Shown: in pieces, positions 10,440-19,967 of the stretch
Layout of the letters: each line of letters starts with the position of its first letter
Numbering within the stretch: the stretch's first letter is position 1
From: a bacterium
GTDB taxonomy: Bacteria; Hydrothermota; UBA3073; JACQXS01; JAQTXJ01
NCBI GenBank assembly: GCA_028716385.1
Contig: JAQUPX010000001.1
Span: forward strand, 827,674 to 891,673
Reading direction: 5' to 3'
DNA: 64,000 bases
Notes under the pieces: generated by a model
What the model saw: the letters and a program-made list of their open reading frames with translations, nothing else
Told to the model about the DNA's origin: nothing
Database searches by the model: none
Made by a program: the position numbers and the translations under genes

Positions 10440-11452
10440 TGAAAAAACGACCTTTGCTTTTTGATTGGGCGATAACAAAAGAATGTAACCTCAATTGTCT
10501 GCACTGCAGGGGAATGACAAGAGCGGAGTTGCCGAAATCCCTTATCCTAAAAGTAGCACACGAATTGGTAGAACTTAAACCCGAATGGGTTATTATTGAA
10601 GGTGGCGAACCTCTTACAAGAAAAGGAATATGGGAAGTTTTTAGTATATTGACAACGGGCGGGCTGGATGTGAGTATGATTACGAACGGGACGTTATTAA
10701 CGGAAGAAAATATGGTTAAACTCCTAAAGTTAGGTGTTGGAATCCAGATTTCCATTGATTCGCCTTATCCCGAAATTTATGAAAAATTACGAAGGGGCGC
10801 TAAATTCCAACAGGTAACTGAAACCGCAAAGCAACTTTCAAAAACCGGGAAATTGCACGCGATAAATTTTGTATTATCAAAAGATAATTATAAAAGTATC
10901 CCCGATATGTTTAAACTCGCAAAAGATATAAATGCCGGTCTTATAAACATAATCGGATTAAAACCAACAAAAAGCTATAAAACTAAATTGCTTTCCTCTG
11001 CGGAATATAAAGAAGCTATTTTAATGACAACAGAATCTTCCGGTAAATATGGGGTGGATTTCTTTTTTGATGAACCTTTTTTTAAGGCGGCTTGCAAAGA
11101 GTGGGGGGTAGGGCAAAAAGACACGGGCAAAAAAAGCAGAATTGTAGTATCCGAAAAAAATGGTTGCGTGTTCGGGGAATATTTATTTATGGAACCGAAT
11201 GGTGACTTAAAACCTTGCACGTTTGCAAACTATGTCGTCGGAAACGCAAAAGAAGGAATTCTTAATGTATGGGAAAGTTTATTGAATTCAGAATTTATAT
11301 TAAATATAAATAAAAAAACTAATAGAAAAGGTGTATGTCTTGAATGTAAACATTTGGATATATGCGGTGGTTGCAGGTCCCGTGCATACGCACTGACGGA
11401 TGATTGGTTGGAATCGGATATTGTCTGCCCGATTAAAGATTTGTTAAAATAG
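10439..11452 (+). CDS. radical SAM / SPASM-domain protein (PqqE/NirJ/AhbD-like architecture)
   Basis: 337 aa. N-terminal CNLNCLHC (CxxxCxxC). C-terminal Cys cluster CLECKHLDICGGCRSRAYALTDDWLESDIVCP is typical of SPASM/twitch auxiliary cluster domains. Confidence 0.75.
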   Translation: MKKRPLLFDWAITKECNLNCLHCRGMTRAELPKSLILKVAHELVELKPEWVIIEGGEPLTRKGIWEVFSILTTGGLDVSMITNGTLLTEENMVKLLKLGVGIQISIDSPYPEIYEKLRRGAKFQQVTETAKQLSKTGKLHAINFVLSKDNYKSIPDMFKLAKDINAGLINIIGLKPTKSYKTKLLSSAEYKEAILMTTESSGKYGVDFFFDEPFFKAACKEWGVGQKDTGKKSRIVVSEKNGCVFGEYLFMEPNGDLKPCTFANYVVGNAKEGILNVWESLLNSEFILNINKKTNRKGVCLECKHLDICGGCRSRAYALTDDWLESDIVCPIKDLLK

Positions 11453-11461
11453 GAGAGAACA

Positions 11462-12499
11462 ATGAAAGTAGTTGGTATAGACCCGGGAACAAAAGGATTT
11501 AGCGTGTTGGGAATGGACGGGGATAAAATATTTCTGGATGAAATGTTCCCTACACAGGAAATAGTTTCAAATATGAACAAATTGGTCAAAATAGTAACCG
11601 GCTATATGCCGTTTGACGCTTTAGTTGGTCCATCGGGATACGGATTGCCCGTTACGTCTATTAATAATGCTTCCGAAGAAGATTTTGACATTATGCTACC
11701 AAGGAAAAGCGGGAAAGTTCCTGTCAATGACGCGATTAAAAGCTTTTTTTACTCTGCAAAAAAAAATAAATTACCGCTTTATTTTACTCCCGGTGTTATT
11801 CATCTGCAAACAGTTCCTGCTTACAGAAAAGCAAATAAACTTGATATGGGAACTGCGGATAAACTTTGCTGTGCTGCATTAGCTCTGCAACAGTGTGCTT
11901 TGAGGAATAAAAAGCCCTATTCCAAATGTTCTTTTATATTTTTGGAAGTAGGATATGGGTTTACTGCAGCTATAGGAATAAATAATGGTAAAGTTGTAGA
12001 CGGGCTTGGCGGAACTTCAGGTTTTGCCGGATTTTTATCCCCGGGCACAATAGATGCAGAACTTGCAATACGCATAAAAGAACAACATCAGGAAGTCGTT
12101 TTTACGGGAGGCGCAATAAGTCAACTAACGGGGAAACAAACTGAACTTGAGAAAATCGTCAAAAGTAAAGGAGTATGGGAAACAGTAATTGAATCTGCAG
12201 TTAAAGATGTTGCCGCTCTTACCGTTACTACAAAACCTGAAGAGATAATAATCTCAGGAAGGCTTGCGAGAATTCCGGTGGTCCAAAAAGAATTAAAAAA
12301 GAGATTATCTGAATATGGAAGAGTATTTACTTTGACTAGAAAAGCAAAAAATGCTTCGGAAGGCGCAGAAGGAGCCGTACTATTAGGAAGAGGTTTGATT
12401 GGGGATAAATATGCGGATTTAATAAAAAGCATCGAACTAAAAAAAGCAAAAGGAACTATGTATGATTATGTTACTATGAAAGTTGAGGTAAAAAGATGA
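11462..12499 (+). CDS. DUF1464 / COG2441-type ASKHA-fold protein (predicted butyrate-kinase-like, function unknown)
   Basis: 345 aa. N-terminal MKVVGIDPGTKGF (ASKHA phosphate-1 style). Glycine-rich ...GLGGTSGFAGF... and ...FTGGA... segments. Stop overlaps the next start (ATGA). Confidence 0.5.
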   Translation: MKVVGIDPGTKGFSVLGMDGDKIFLDEMFPTQEIVSNMNKLVKIVTGYMPFDALVGPSGYGLPVTSINNASEEDFDIMLPRKSGKVPVNDAIKSFFYSAKKNKLPLYFTPGVIHLQTVPAYRKANKLDMGTADKLCCAALALQQCALRNKKPYSKCSFIFLEVGYGFTAAIGINNGKVVDGLGGTSGFAGFLSPGTIDAELAIRIKEQHQEVVFTGGAISQLTGKQTELEKIVKSKGVWETVIESAVKDVAALTVTTKPEEIIISGRLARIPVVQKELKKRLSEYGRVFTLTRKAKNASEGAEGAVLLGRGLIGDKYADLIKSIELKKAKGTMYDYVTMKVEVKR

Positions 12500-13284
12500 A
12501 CAGGTTTTTGAGTTTCTTGATAATATTTGTAAGCGCAGTCTTTATGATGCTTGGAGTTAATATTTTCAACAAAATAAATAACCTGTATAAAGGTGCGGAA
12601 TTCCGTGTGTTCTTATCGGAAGAGGCAAATGTTGATTCTCTAAGAAGTGTAATAGAAAATTATCCGGGAATTGATGAAATCGTTTATATTTCCAAAGATG
12701 AAGCAATGACTGAGTTTAATAAGAGTTTTAATAATGCAAAATCTTTGCTTAATGATATTATGGGAAATCCTTTTCCTGCATCTTTCAAAATTGTATTTCT
12801 CCCGAGTCATTATAAAAATAGCAACTTTATCGTCAGCTTATCTTCTGCAGTGTTAAATCTACCGGGAGTTACGAATGTAACTTATTCTAAAAAATGGCTG
12901 AGTACTTTAAATACGATAAATGTTTATTTCAATTGGCTTTCTCTGGGATTTGGCGCGCTGTTGTTTTGCTTTTTATTGTTTATAGTGATAATAGGGATAA
13001 ATAATAATATAATATTTTATAGGGAAGAAATAAAAGTGTTGAAAGATTTCGGCATTTCAAACTGGAAATTAAAATTCAGGTTCGGCTGGAAAACTCTGTT
13101 GTGGAATGTTCTATTTGCTGTAATTTCTATCGGATTCCTTTATTGCGGGTATAAATTTGTAGTAATGCAATATTTTATTGGCAATGAATTTATAACCGTA
13201 TTTTTGCCGTTATTTTTTATGATTGGCTTTGTAGGAGCAATTGGAACATTGACTTTAATTGTGCTTTTGATAAATAAAATATAA
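12496..13284 (+). CDS. FtsX-like permease
   Basis: 262 aa. One N-terminal TM segment, then an extracytoplasmic alpha/beta domain (...ISKDEAMTEF...NPFPASFKIVF...), then three C-terminal TM segments. This is the FtsX topology. Confidence 0.6.
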   Translation: MNRFLSFLIIFVSAVFMMLGVNIFNKINNLYKGAEFRVFLSEEANVDSLRSVIENYPGIDEIVYISKDEAMTEFNKSFNNAKSLLNDIMGNPFPASFKIVFLPSHYKNSNFIVSLSSAVLNLPGVTNVTYSKKWLSTLNTINVYFNWLSLGFGALLFCFLLFIVIIGINNNIIFYREEIKVLKDFGISNWKLKFRFGWKTLLWNVLFAVISIGFLYCGYKFVVMQYFIGNEFITVFLPLFFMIGFVGAIGTLTLIVLLINKI

Positions 13285-13286
13285 GA

Positions 13287-13982
13287 ATGAATTTATGTAT
13301 AAATATTGGCAACAACAATATATTGCTTGGAACGTTTGTTAAAGAAAAACTATTAAATCCGTTAAGAATATCCCATAAAACACTTGTAGACGTTAAAGCT
13401 ATATTTCCTGTAAGAAAACCTGAAAATATAATTATTTCTTCCGTTATACCAAATAAAAATGAATTGTTTTCAACTATATTATATGCTATTTACGGAATAA
13501 AACCTGAATTTATAACTCCGAAATTATTAAATGGTAGTTATGCCTCTATGGGAGCGGATAGGATAGCAAATTTGCTCGGAGGTAAAAAATTACTTGGACC
13601 GCCTGTATGTGTTATTGATTTTGGAACGGCAACTACAATAGATGTATTGGATAAAAACAATAGATATTCAGGAGGTATTATCATGCCGGGCATACAAACG
13701 GGCATTATGGCATTACATAATTCCACGGCGCTCCTACCATTAATGGATGATATAAATAAAACCAATTTGAAAACAATACTTCAGCGAACTACAAAAGAAT
13801 GTATAGAATCTGGAGTTTATTTGGGAGAATATAACAGAATAAAAGGCTTAACAGATAGCATAAAAAAACAATTTAATCCGCATTTTGTAGTTACGGGTGG
13901 TATGGGGGAAAAGCTTGCAGAATTGTTGAATTTTGATTATAACTCCTGGCTTACACTGTATGGGCTTAATTGCTCCATATAA
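13287..13982 (+). CDS. coaX: type III pantothenate kinase
   Basis: 231 aa. N-terminal ...LCINIGNNNILLG..., central VIDFGTATTIDVL and C-terminal VVTGG motifs of the CoaX ASKHA family. Confidence 0.65.
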   Translation: MNLCINIGNNNILLGTFVKEKLLNPLRISHKTLVDVKAIFPVRKPENIIISSVIPNKNELFSTILYAIYGIKPEFITPKLLNGSYASMGADRIANLLGGKKLLGPPVCVIDFGTATTIDVLDKNNRYSGGIIMPGIQTGIMALHNSTALLPLMDDINKTNLKTILQRTTKECIESGVYLGEYNRIKGLTDSIKKQFNPHFVVTGGMGEKLAELLNFDYNSWLTLYGLNCSI

Positions 13983-14010
13983 ACAAGAAGTTAATCCCTA
14001 GTTAATTAAA

Positions 14011-15402
14011 ATGAGAGACTTTACAGAGGGAAGTGTCATAAAACAATTGGTTCATTTCTCCATTCCTATGTTGCTTACGAATTTACTACAGGCAATGTAT
14101 GAGATAGTTGATGCTATGTGGGTCGGGAAGTTAATAGGACACAAAGCATTTGCTGCGGTGTCGGTAACTATGCCGATATTTTTTTTACTATTATCGGCTA
14201 TGATAGGACTTACTATAGCTACAACTATACTTGCAGGTCAGGCTTTCGGTTCAAAAAATATGAGACTGCTTTCTAAAGTATTGACAAACTCTTTTCTTGG
14301 AACCGGATTGATTTGTGTTGTTATATCGGCAATTGGAATCATTTTTAGTGAAAACCTGCTAACGCTTGTGAATACTCCGCCGGAAATAAGAAAAGATGCG
14401 CATACGTTTTTTGTCATAATGGTTGCCGGGATTGTTCCTATGTTTGGGTATAACTGGTTTTCCGGAGTTTTACGCGGGCTTGGCGATGCAAAGACTCCGC
14501 TATATCTTTTGATAGTTTCAAGTTTGATAAATATAACACTTGTTCCTGTTTTAATAAAAGGTGTTGGCCCTTTCCCGGCTTTAGGTATAACAGGAGCGGC
14601 ACTAGGAACTATAATTTCCAGTATAATAATGCTTTTTGTAGCATATTTTTTTGTCTTGAGAAAACATCCTTTATTAAATATAAGAAAATGGGATTTTGCT
14701 TTAGATAAGGAAATATGGCGTAAAATATTTGTTATTGGCATCCCGGTTTCCCTGCAAATGATTGTCGTCTCATTGAGTGGGACGCTTATTATGTCGCTTG
14801 TAAATACTTTTGGTGTCCAGATGACTGCGGCTTATGGAATTGGAATGCAACTGGACCAGCTTGCTTTTATGCCTGCAATGGCAATCGGAATGAGCGTGTC
14901 TTCTATGGTGGCGCAAAATTTGGGCGCAAAAAGATATGACAGGGTGAGAGAAATTACAAAACTCTCTATTTTGTTGTCCCTTGCAATGTCTCTGGTGTTT
15001 TTTATTATTTTCTATACTTTCCCGACACAGGTAGCATCTTTTTTTACAAAAGAAAGTTCAGTGCTGGTTCTTACAAAAGAATATATAAGAATAGTAAGCT
15101 TTACATATTTTATTTTTTCGATAATGTTTGCTTTGCAGGGAGTTGTCCGCGGGGCAGGAGATACAATGTATATGCTGATTTTTGGCTTAATCGGATTTGT
15201 TGGCGTTAGGTACCCGCTTGCTTATGCCCTTACTAAATTTACTACTATGAGAGAATACGGAATATGGGTTGCAATATTAATCAGCACTTTTGTTGGACTC
15301 GTCCTTAATTATTGGTATTATCGCTCCGGCAGATGGAGAACAAAAGTTATAGTAACACATAGTCCAATGCCTGAAACGACATTAATAAGCGGAAAAGATT
15401 AA
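14011..15402 (+). CDS. MATE family efflux transporter
   Basis: 463 aa with 12 predicted TM segments and duplicated halves typical of the NorM/DinF family. Confidence 0.85.
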   Translation: MRDFTEGSVIKQLVHFSIPMLLTNLLQAMYEIVDAMWVGKLIGHKAFAAVSVTMPIFFLLLSAMIGLTIATTILAGQAFGSKNMRLLSKVLTNSFLGTGLICVVISAIGIIFSENLLTLVNTPPEIRKDAHTFFVIMVAGIVPMFGYNWFSGVLRGLGDAKTPLYLLIVSSLINITLVPVLIKGVGPFPALGITGAALGTIISSIIMLFVAYFFVLRKHPLLNIRKWDFALDKEIWRKIFVIGIPVSLQMIVVSLSGTLIMSLVNTFGVQMTAAYGIGMQLDQLAFMPAMAIGMSVSSMVAQNLGAKRYDRVREITKLSILLSLAMSLVFFIIFYTFPTQVASFFTKESSVLVLTKEYIRIVSFTYFIFSIMFALQGVVRGAGDTMYMLIFGLIGFVGVRYPLAYALTKFTTMREYGIWVAILISTFVGLVLNYWYYRSGRWRTKVIVTHSPMPETTLISGKD

Positions 15403-15427
15403 GAGAAAAGAACGACCGGAATAATTA

Positions 15428-15940
15428 TTAATATTTTATTAAAGAAAAAATATCATAATCTTTAAGCTTGTTTTTCCCGGGTAATTCGGTAAGTTCAATA
15501 AGAAACGAGATTCCTACTATTTTCCCGCCTAATCTTTCTACAAGCTTACAGGATGCGAGTGCAGTCCCGCCTGTTGCGAGTAAATCGTCAAAAACAAGAA
15601 CTTTTTCATCTTTTTCTATTGCATCTTTATGAAGTTCCAGAGCATCTGTGCCATATTCAAGGGTATATTCTTCTTTTATCGCTTCCGCGGGTAATTTACC
15701 GGGTTTACGGACCGGGATAACCCCTGCGTTTAATTTGTAAGCAAGAGCTCCGCCGAAAAGATATCCGCGAGCTTCCGTAGAGACTACTTTATCTATTTTT
15801 TTGCCTTTATAATGTTCGCATATTGAATCTATTACATAATTAAATGCTTTGCTATCTTTTATAAGTGTTGTAATGTCACAAAATAATATTCCTTTTTTAG
15901 GAAAATCGGGAACGGAACGAATTAATTTTTTTAATTCCAT
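15428..15940 (-). CDS. apt: adenine phosphoribosyltransferase
   Basis: 170 aa. PRPP-binding motif VLVFDDLLATGGTA. Confidence 0.9.
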   Translation of the reverse strand: MELKKLIRSVPDFPKKGILFCDITTLIKDSKAFNYVIDSICEHYKGKKIDKVVSTEARGYLFGGALAYKLNAGVIPVRKPGKLPAEAIKEEYTLEYGTDALELHKDAIEKDEKVLVFDDLLATGGTALASCKLVERLGGKIVGISFLIELTELPGKNKLKDYDIFSLIKY

Positions 15941-15987
15941 ATTACCCCCTATTAGGTTATTTTTTTAGGTACTTAATGGAAAGAGGA

Positions 15988-18036
15988 TTAATTCTGCTGT
16001 GGAAGGAGAGCTTTTCTTGACAATTGTATTCTGCCGTCATCATCAATGGAGATTACTTTACAAGGCACTTCTTCTCCCATTTTCACTTCATCTTCAGGAG
16101 TTTTAACTCTGTAATTGGCAAGCTGGGAAATGTGAATCATTCCTTCTTTTCCAGGTAAAAGGTCAACGATTACACCAAAAGGCAATATCTTTTTTATCTT
16201 TCCAAGATAAGTTTTGCCTACGGCTACCTCTTCAACTATACCTTCTACGATAGCTTTAGCGGTATTTGTCGTCTGCCATGAATCCGATGATATACTTACT
16301 CTTCCATCATCCGATATTTCTATTTTGGCGCCTGTTTTTTCTATGATGTCTCTGATAATTTTTCCACCTGGCCCAATTACATGTCCTATTTTTTCCTTAG
16401 GAATCATTATAATACTTATTTTAGGAGCATAAGCGCTTACTTCTGTTTTAGCTGTCGGTAATGCGGATATTAATTTATCAAGTATTGTCAATCTTGCTTC
16501 TCTTCCAAGTTTTAATGCTTTTTCGAGGAAATCAACACTTACGCCTTTATTTTTAACATCCAATTGAAGAGCGGTTATTCCTTCTTTTGTTCCTGCTACT
16601 TTAAAATCCATATCTCCGAAATGGTCTTCTTCTCCGCATATATCTATAAGTACGGTATCTTCAACCGCGCCGATAGCAACTCCGGCTACGTGTGATTTTA
16701 TTGGTATCCCGGCATCCATTAAAGCTAGTGACCCGCCGCATACCGTTGCCATTGAGGAACTTCCATTTGAACTAAGAATATCGGATACTATTCTAATTGT
16801 ATATGGACAATTTTCTGCTACCGGAATAACTTGTTGCAATGATTTTTCAGCAAGAGCTCCGTGTCCTATTTCTCTTCTACCGGGAGAGTTGAGTCTACCA
16901 ACTTCTCCAACGGAAAAAGGAGGAAAATTATAATGAAGCATAAAGCTTTTGCGCGTTTCACCCGTTAGTTCCTCTATTCTTTGTTCGTCAATCGTTGTCC
17001 CGAGGGTAACCGTGCATAGAGATTGAGTTTCGCCTCTTGTGAATAAAGCTGAACCGTGCACACGAGGTAACAAACCCGTTTCACAGGTAATTTGCCTTAT
17101 ATCTGTAGGTCCTCTTCCATCTATTCTTGTTTTATGTTCAATGATTTGTTTTCGTAATATTTCTTCCTGGTATAAGTCAAAAACTTCACTTAATTCAGAA
17201 GCAGGGTATTTTTCGCTGAATTTTGTAACTATTTGTTTATAAGTTTCGTTAAGTTTTTGTCCTCTTGGAAATCTTTCTTTGATTTTAAGTGCATCTTCAA
17301 TTTGTTTCCCGAATTCCGATAATACTTCAGTTTTAGCTTCGGTTATTGTTCTTACGGGAGCAGTCCACGATCTTGTTCCATCGGGTAGCTCTTCGTGAAA
17401 TTTTAGAATGTCGTTTATTGCAGCCATAGCAACTTTTATTGCTGCTATTACGTTGTCTTCGGTAACTTCTTTGGCTTCCATTTCAATCATAGCGATACCT
17501 TCTTCCGTTCCGGCGATTGTGAGATTAAGAGAAGATTCTTCGGTTTGTGGCATAGAAGGATTTAGGATGAAGTTATTATTAATAAAACCTACTTTTACGG
17601 TGCCAAATGGTTTTGTATAAGGTATGCTTGATAGTCTAAGTGCAAATGAAGTTCCTAACATAGCCAGAATATCCCCATCATTTTCTTTATCTGCAGAAAG
17701 AACGGTAGAAATTATTTGAACTGGGAGCGTCCATCCTTCAGGAAACAAAGGACGAGCAGGTCTATCCATAAGTCTTGATGTGAGCGTTTCTTTTTCCGTA
17801 GGTCTGCCTTCTCTTTTGAAAAATCCTCCGGGTATCATACCTGCGGCATATCTGCGTTCCATATAATTACAGGTCAAAGGAAGAAAATTCTGGGAAGCTT
17901 CGGGTTCAGAATATGATCTACAAACGGTTGTCAAAACAATAGTGTCTCCACATCTCAGAAGACAGGAGCTGTCAGCGGTTTTTGCTACTTTATTAGGTTC
18001 AATATGTATAACATTTTCACCAATTTTAAGTTCCAT
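15988..18036 (-). CDS. pnp: polyribonucleotide nucleotidyltransferase (PNPase)
   Basis: 682 aa. Two RNase PH domains, KH (GPGGKIIRDIIEKTGAKI) and a C-terminal S1 domain. Confidence 0.95.
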   Translation of the reverse strand: MELKIGENVIHIEPNKVAKTADSSCLLRCGDTIVLTTVCRSYSEPEASQNFLPLTCNYMERRYAAGMIPGGFFKREGRPTEKETLTSRLMDRPARPLFPEGWTLPVQIISTVLSADKENDGDILAMLGTSFALRLSSIPYTKPFGTVKVGFINNNFILNPSMPQTEESSLNLTIAGTEEGIAMIEMEAKEVTEDNVIAAIKVAMAAINDILKFHEELPDGTRSWTAPVRTITEAKTEVLSEFGKQIEDALKIKERFPRGQKLNETYKQIVTKFSEKYPASELSEVFDLYQEEILRKQIIEHKTRIDGRGPTDIRQITCETGLLPRVHGSALFTRGETQSLCTVTLGTTIDEQRIEELTGETRKSFMLHYNFPPFSVGEVGRLNSPGRREIGHGALAEKSLQQVIPVAENCPYTIRIVSDILSSNGSSSMATVCGGSLALMDAGIPIKSHVAGVAIGAVEDTVLIDICGEEDHFGDMDFKVAGTKEGITALQLDVKNKGVSVDFLEKALKLGREARLTILDKLISALPTAKTEVSAYAPKISIIMIPKEKIGHVIGPGGKIIRDIIEKTGAKIEISDDGRVSISSDSWQTTNTAKAIVEGIVEEVAVGKTYLGKIKKILPFGVIVDLLPGKEGMIHISQLANYRVKTPEDEVKMGEEVPCKVISIDDDGRIQLSRKALLPQQN

Positions 18037-18064
18037 AAATTTTTATTTTGTGGGGTTAAAACAG

Positions 18065-18334
18065 TTAAATACCTCTAATATCCAGTTTTTTTATCAGTTT
18101 CTGGTAGTCTTCGGGTCTTTCCTTTGATAAATATTTCAGCAAACCTCTTCTTTTGCATACCATAATGATAAGACCGCGTCGGGAGTGCATATCTTTCTTG
18201 TGAGTTTTAAGATGATCCGTTAGGCTGCTTATGCGAGCTGAAAGTAATGCAACTTGCACTTCCGGTGAACCAGTATCCTCTTTGTGGATACAGTATTGTT
18301 TTACCAATTTCTTTTTATCTGCTTTTTCCAACAT
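18065..18334 (-). CDS. rpsO: 30S ribosomal protein S15
   Basis: 89 aa. ...TGSPEVQVALLSARISSLTDHLKTHKKDMHSRRGL... Upstream of pnp as in the classical rpsO-pnp operon. Confidence 0.95.
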   Translation of the reverse strand: MLEKADKKKLVKQYCIHKEDTGSPEVQVALLSARISSLTDHLKTHKKDMHSRRGLIIMVCKRRGLLKYLSKERPEDYQKLIKKLDIRGI

Positions 18335-18520
18335 AATGTTTTATATTAAGTATTTTTATAACTATGTCAACAAGTTTTTAATAAATTATTACTTTTCTCT
18401 GGGAATACTTCAAGCATTAACTCTATTTTTTCCATTTTCTGATTTAAACGATTACTTGTTTGTGTTATAATTTTGCACCATTTTAATTAATGACTAAATT
18501 ATTCTTGTATTTAATTTTCA

Positions 18521-18549
18521 TTGACTTTAAGGTCTATAAGTTATAGTAT
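18521..18549 (+). promoter_or_regulatory. candidate promoter (TTGACT-17 nt-TAGTAT) directly abutting the methylthiotransferase start, which would make a near-leaderless transcript
   Basis: TTGACT at 18521-18526, TAGTAT at 18544-18549, and the ATG at 18555 (second ATG at 18564). No SD is possible for the first ATG. Confidence 0.3.
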
Positions 18550-18554
18550 AACAA

Positions 18555-19778
18555 ATGAAAACTATGAAAAAGGTAAGTTTTAAGACAATTGGTTGTCGGT
18601 TAAACAAATATGATACGGAATGGCTCAGGGAATCTTTTGAGTCTGCAGGATTTCAATCCGTAGACGCTGTTTCGGATATTTGTGTCGTTAACACCTGCGC
18701 AGTTACCTTAAAAGCTTGCAGGGAATCCAGAAATATTATCCGTTACCAGGCAAAACAAGGAATGAATATAATCGTTACGGGATGCGGAGCAAAACTTATT
18801 GAAAAAGAATTAAAGAATGTAAAAAATATATTATTTTTTGAGCCTTCTTTTGAAAAAGTAGTTACTGACTTTCTCAAATCCCCGTTAATTTCAGGGATAA
18901 ACAGTTTTTATGGACACAGCAGGGCATTTGTAAAAGTGCAGGAAGGATGTGACCAATTCTGTAGTTATTGCGTAGTCCCTTACCTTAGAGGCAAACCTTC
19001 GAATAGAAATTTCGAAGATATAATTTCTGAAGTAAAAAGACTTCAGGAAAACGGGTTTAAAGAATTTACTCTTACGGGAACAAACCTCGGCAAATACGAC
19101 AAATTGGTTGATTTGTTGAAATCCGTTGAACAAATACCTGGTGTTCATAGAGTAGGATTAAGTTCAATAGAACCTATCGGGATATCTGACGAATTGATAA
19201 ATTTCGTTGCCGGTTCTTCTAAGTTTTCAAAATATTTTCATATACCTATGCAAAGTGGAGATGAAAAAGTTCTAAAATTGATGAACCGTTGGTATACTCC
19301 TGCCGATTTTTCTGATTTGATTGTAAAATTAAAATCAAATATTCCCGATGTTGCTATAGGAACGGACGTTATCGTGGGGTTTCCGGGCGAAGGAGAAAAA
19401 GAGTTTTTAAACACGTATGATTTAATTACAAAATTACCAATAGATAAATTACACGTATTCAGGTATTCAAGACGACCGTTAACAAAAGCTTTGGAGTTTA
19501 AGGATGAAGTTCAGGATGAAACAAAAAAACAAAGAAGCCAATTGATTTATGAACTCGGGGAAAAGAAATGGGAACAATTCCGAACTAATCTCATAGGTAA
19601 AACGCTGGAAGTCCATATTGAAAATGCAAAACATACGAAAAGTAAAGAATATACTGGGATAACTTCAAATTATATAAAAGTCTCTTTCTCGTCTGACAAA
19701 AAGCTAAATGACTTCGTAAATGTCCGTTTGGAAAGAATAGATAAACAAAAAACTTATGGGCAAGTAGTAGAAATTTAA
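18555..19778 (+). CDS. MiaB/MtaB-family radical SAM tRNA methylthiotransferase (short, MtaB-like)
   Basis: 407 aa. N-terminal MTTase domain (FKTIGCRLNKYDTEW, VVNTCAVT), radical SAM CDQFCSYCVVPY, and a C-terminal TRAM-like region. Confidence 0.85.
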   Translation: MKTMKKVSFKTIGCRLNKYDTEWLRESFESAGFQSVDAVSDICVVNTCAVTLKACRESRNIIRYQAKQGMNIIVTGCGAKLIEKELKNVKNILFFEPSFEKVVTDFLKSPLISGINSFYGHSRAFVKVQEGCDQFCSYCVVPYLRGKPSNRNFEDIISEVKRLQENGFKEFTLTGTNLGKYDKLVDLLKSVEQIPGVHRVGLSSIEPIGISDELINFVAGSSKFSKYFHIPMQSGDEKVLKLMNRWYTPADFSDLIVKLKSNIPDVAIGTDVIVGFPGEGEKEFLNTYDLITKLPIDKLHVFRYSRRPLTKALEFKDEVQDETKKQRSQLIYELGEKKWEQFRTNLIGKTLEVHIENAKHTKSKEYTGITSNYIKVSFSSDKKLNDFVNVRLERIDKQKTYGQVVEI

Positions 19779-19967
19779 TCTTTTTTGAAAAATAAATTTT
19801 GTTTTTTGTTTTATTCTTAATTTTTTCTTTAATCTATTTAATATTTAATAAACAATTTTTCAGAATTTGTGTATATGCTTAAAAAGTTATTGACAAACAG
19901 GGAAAAGAATTAACATATATATAATATATTATGTGTTATGTATACAAAAAACATATAGGAGGAAATT

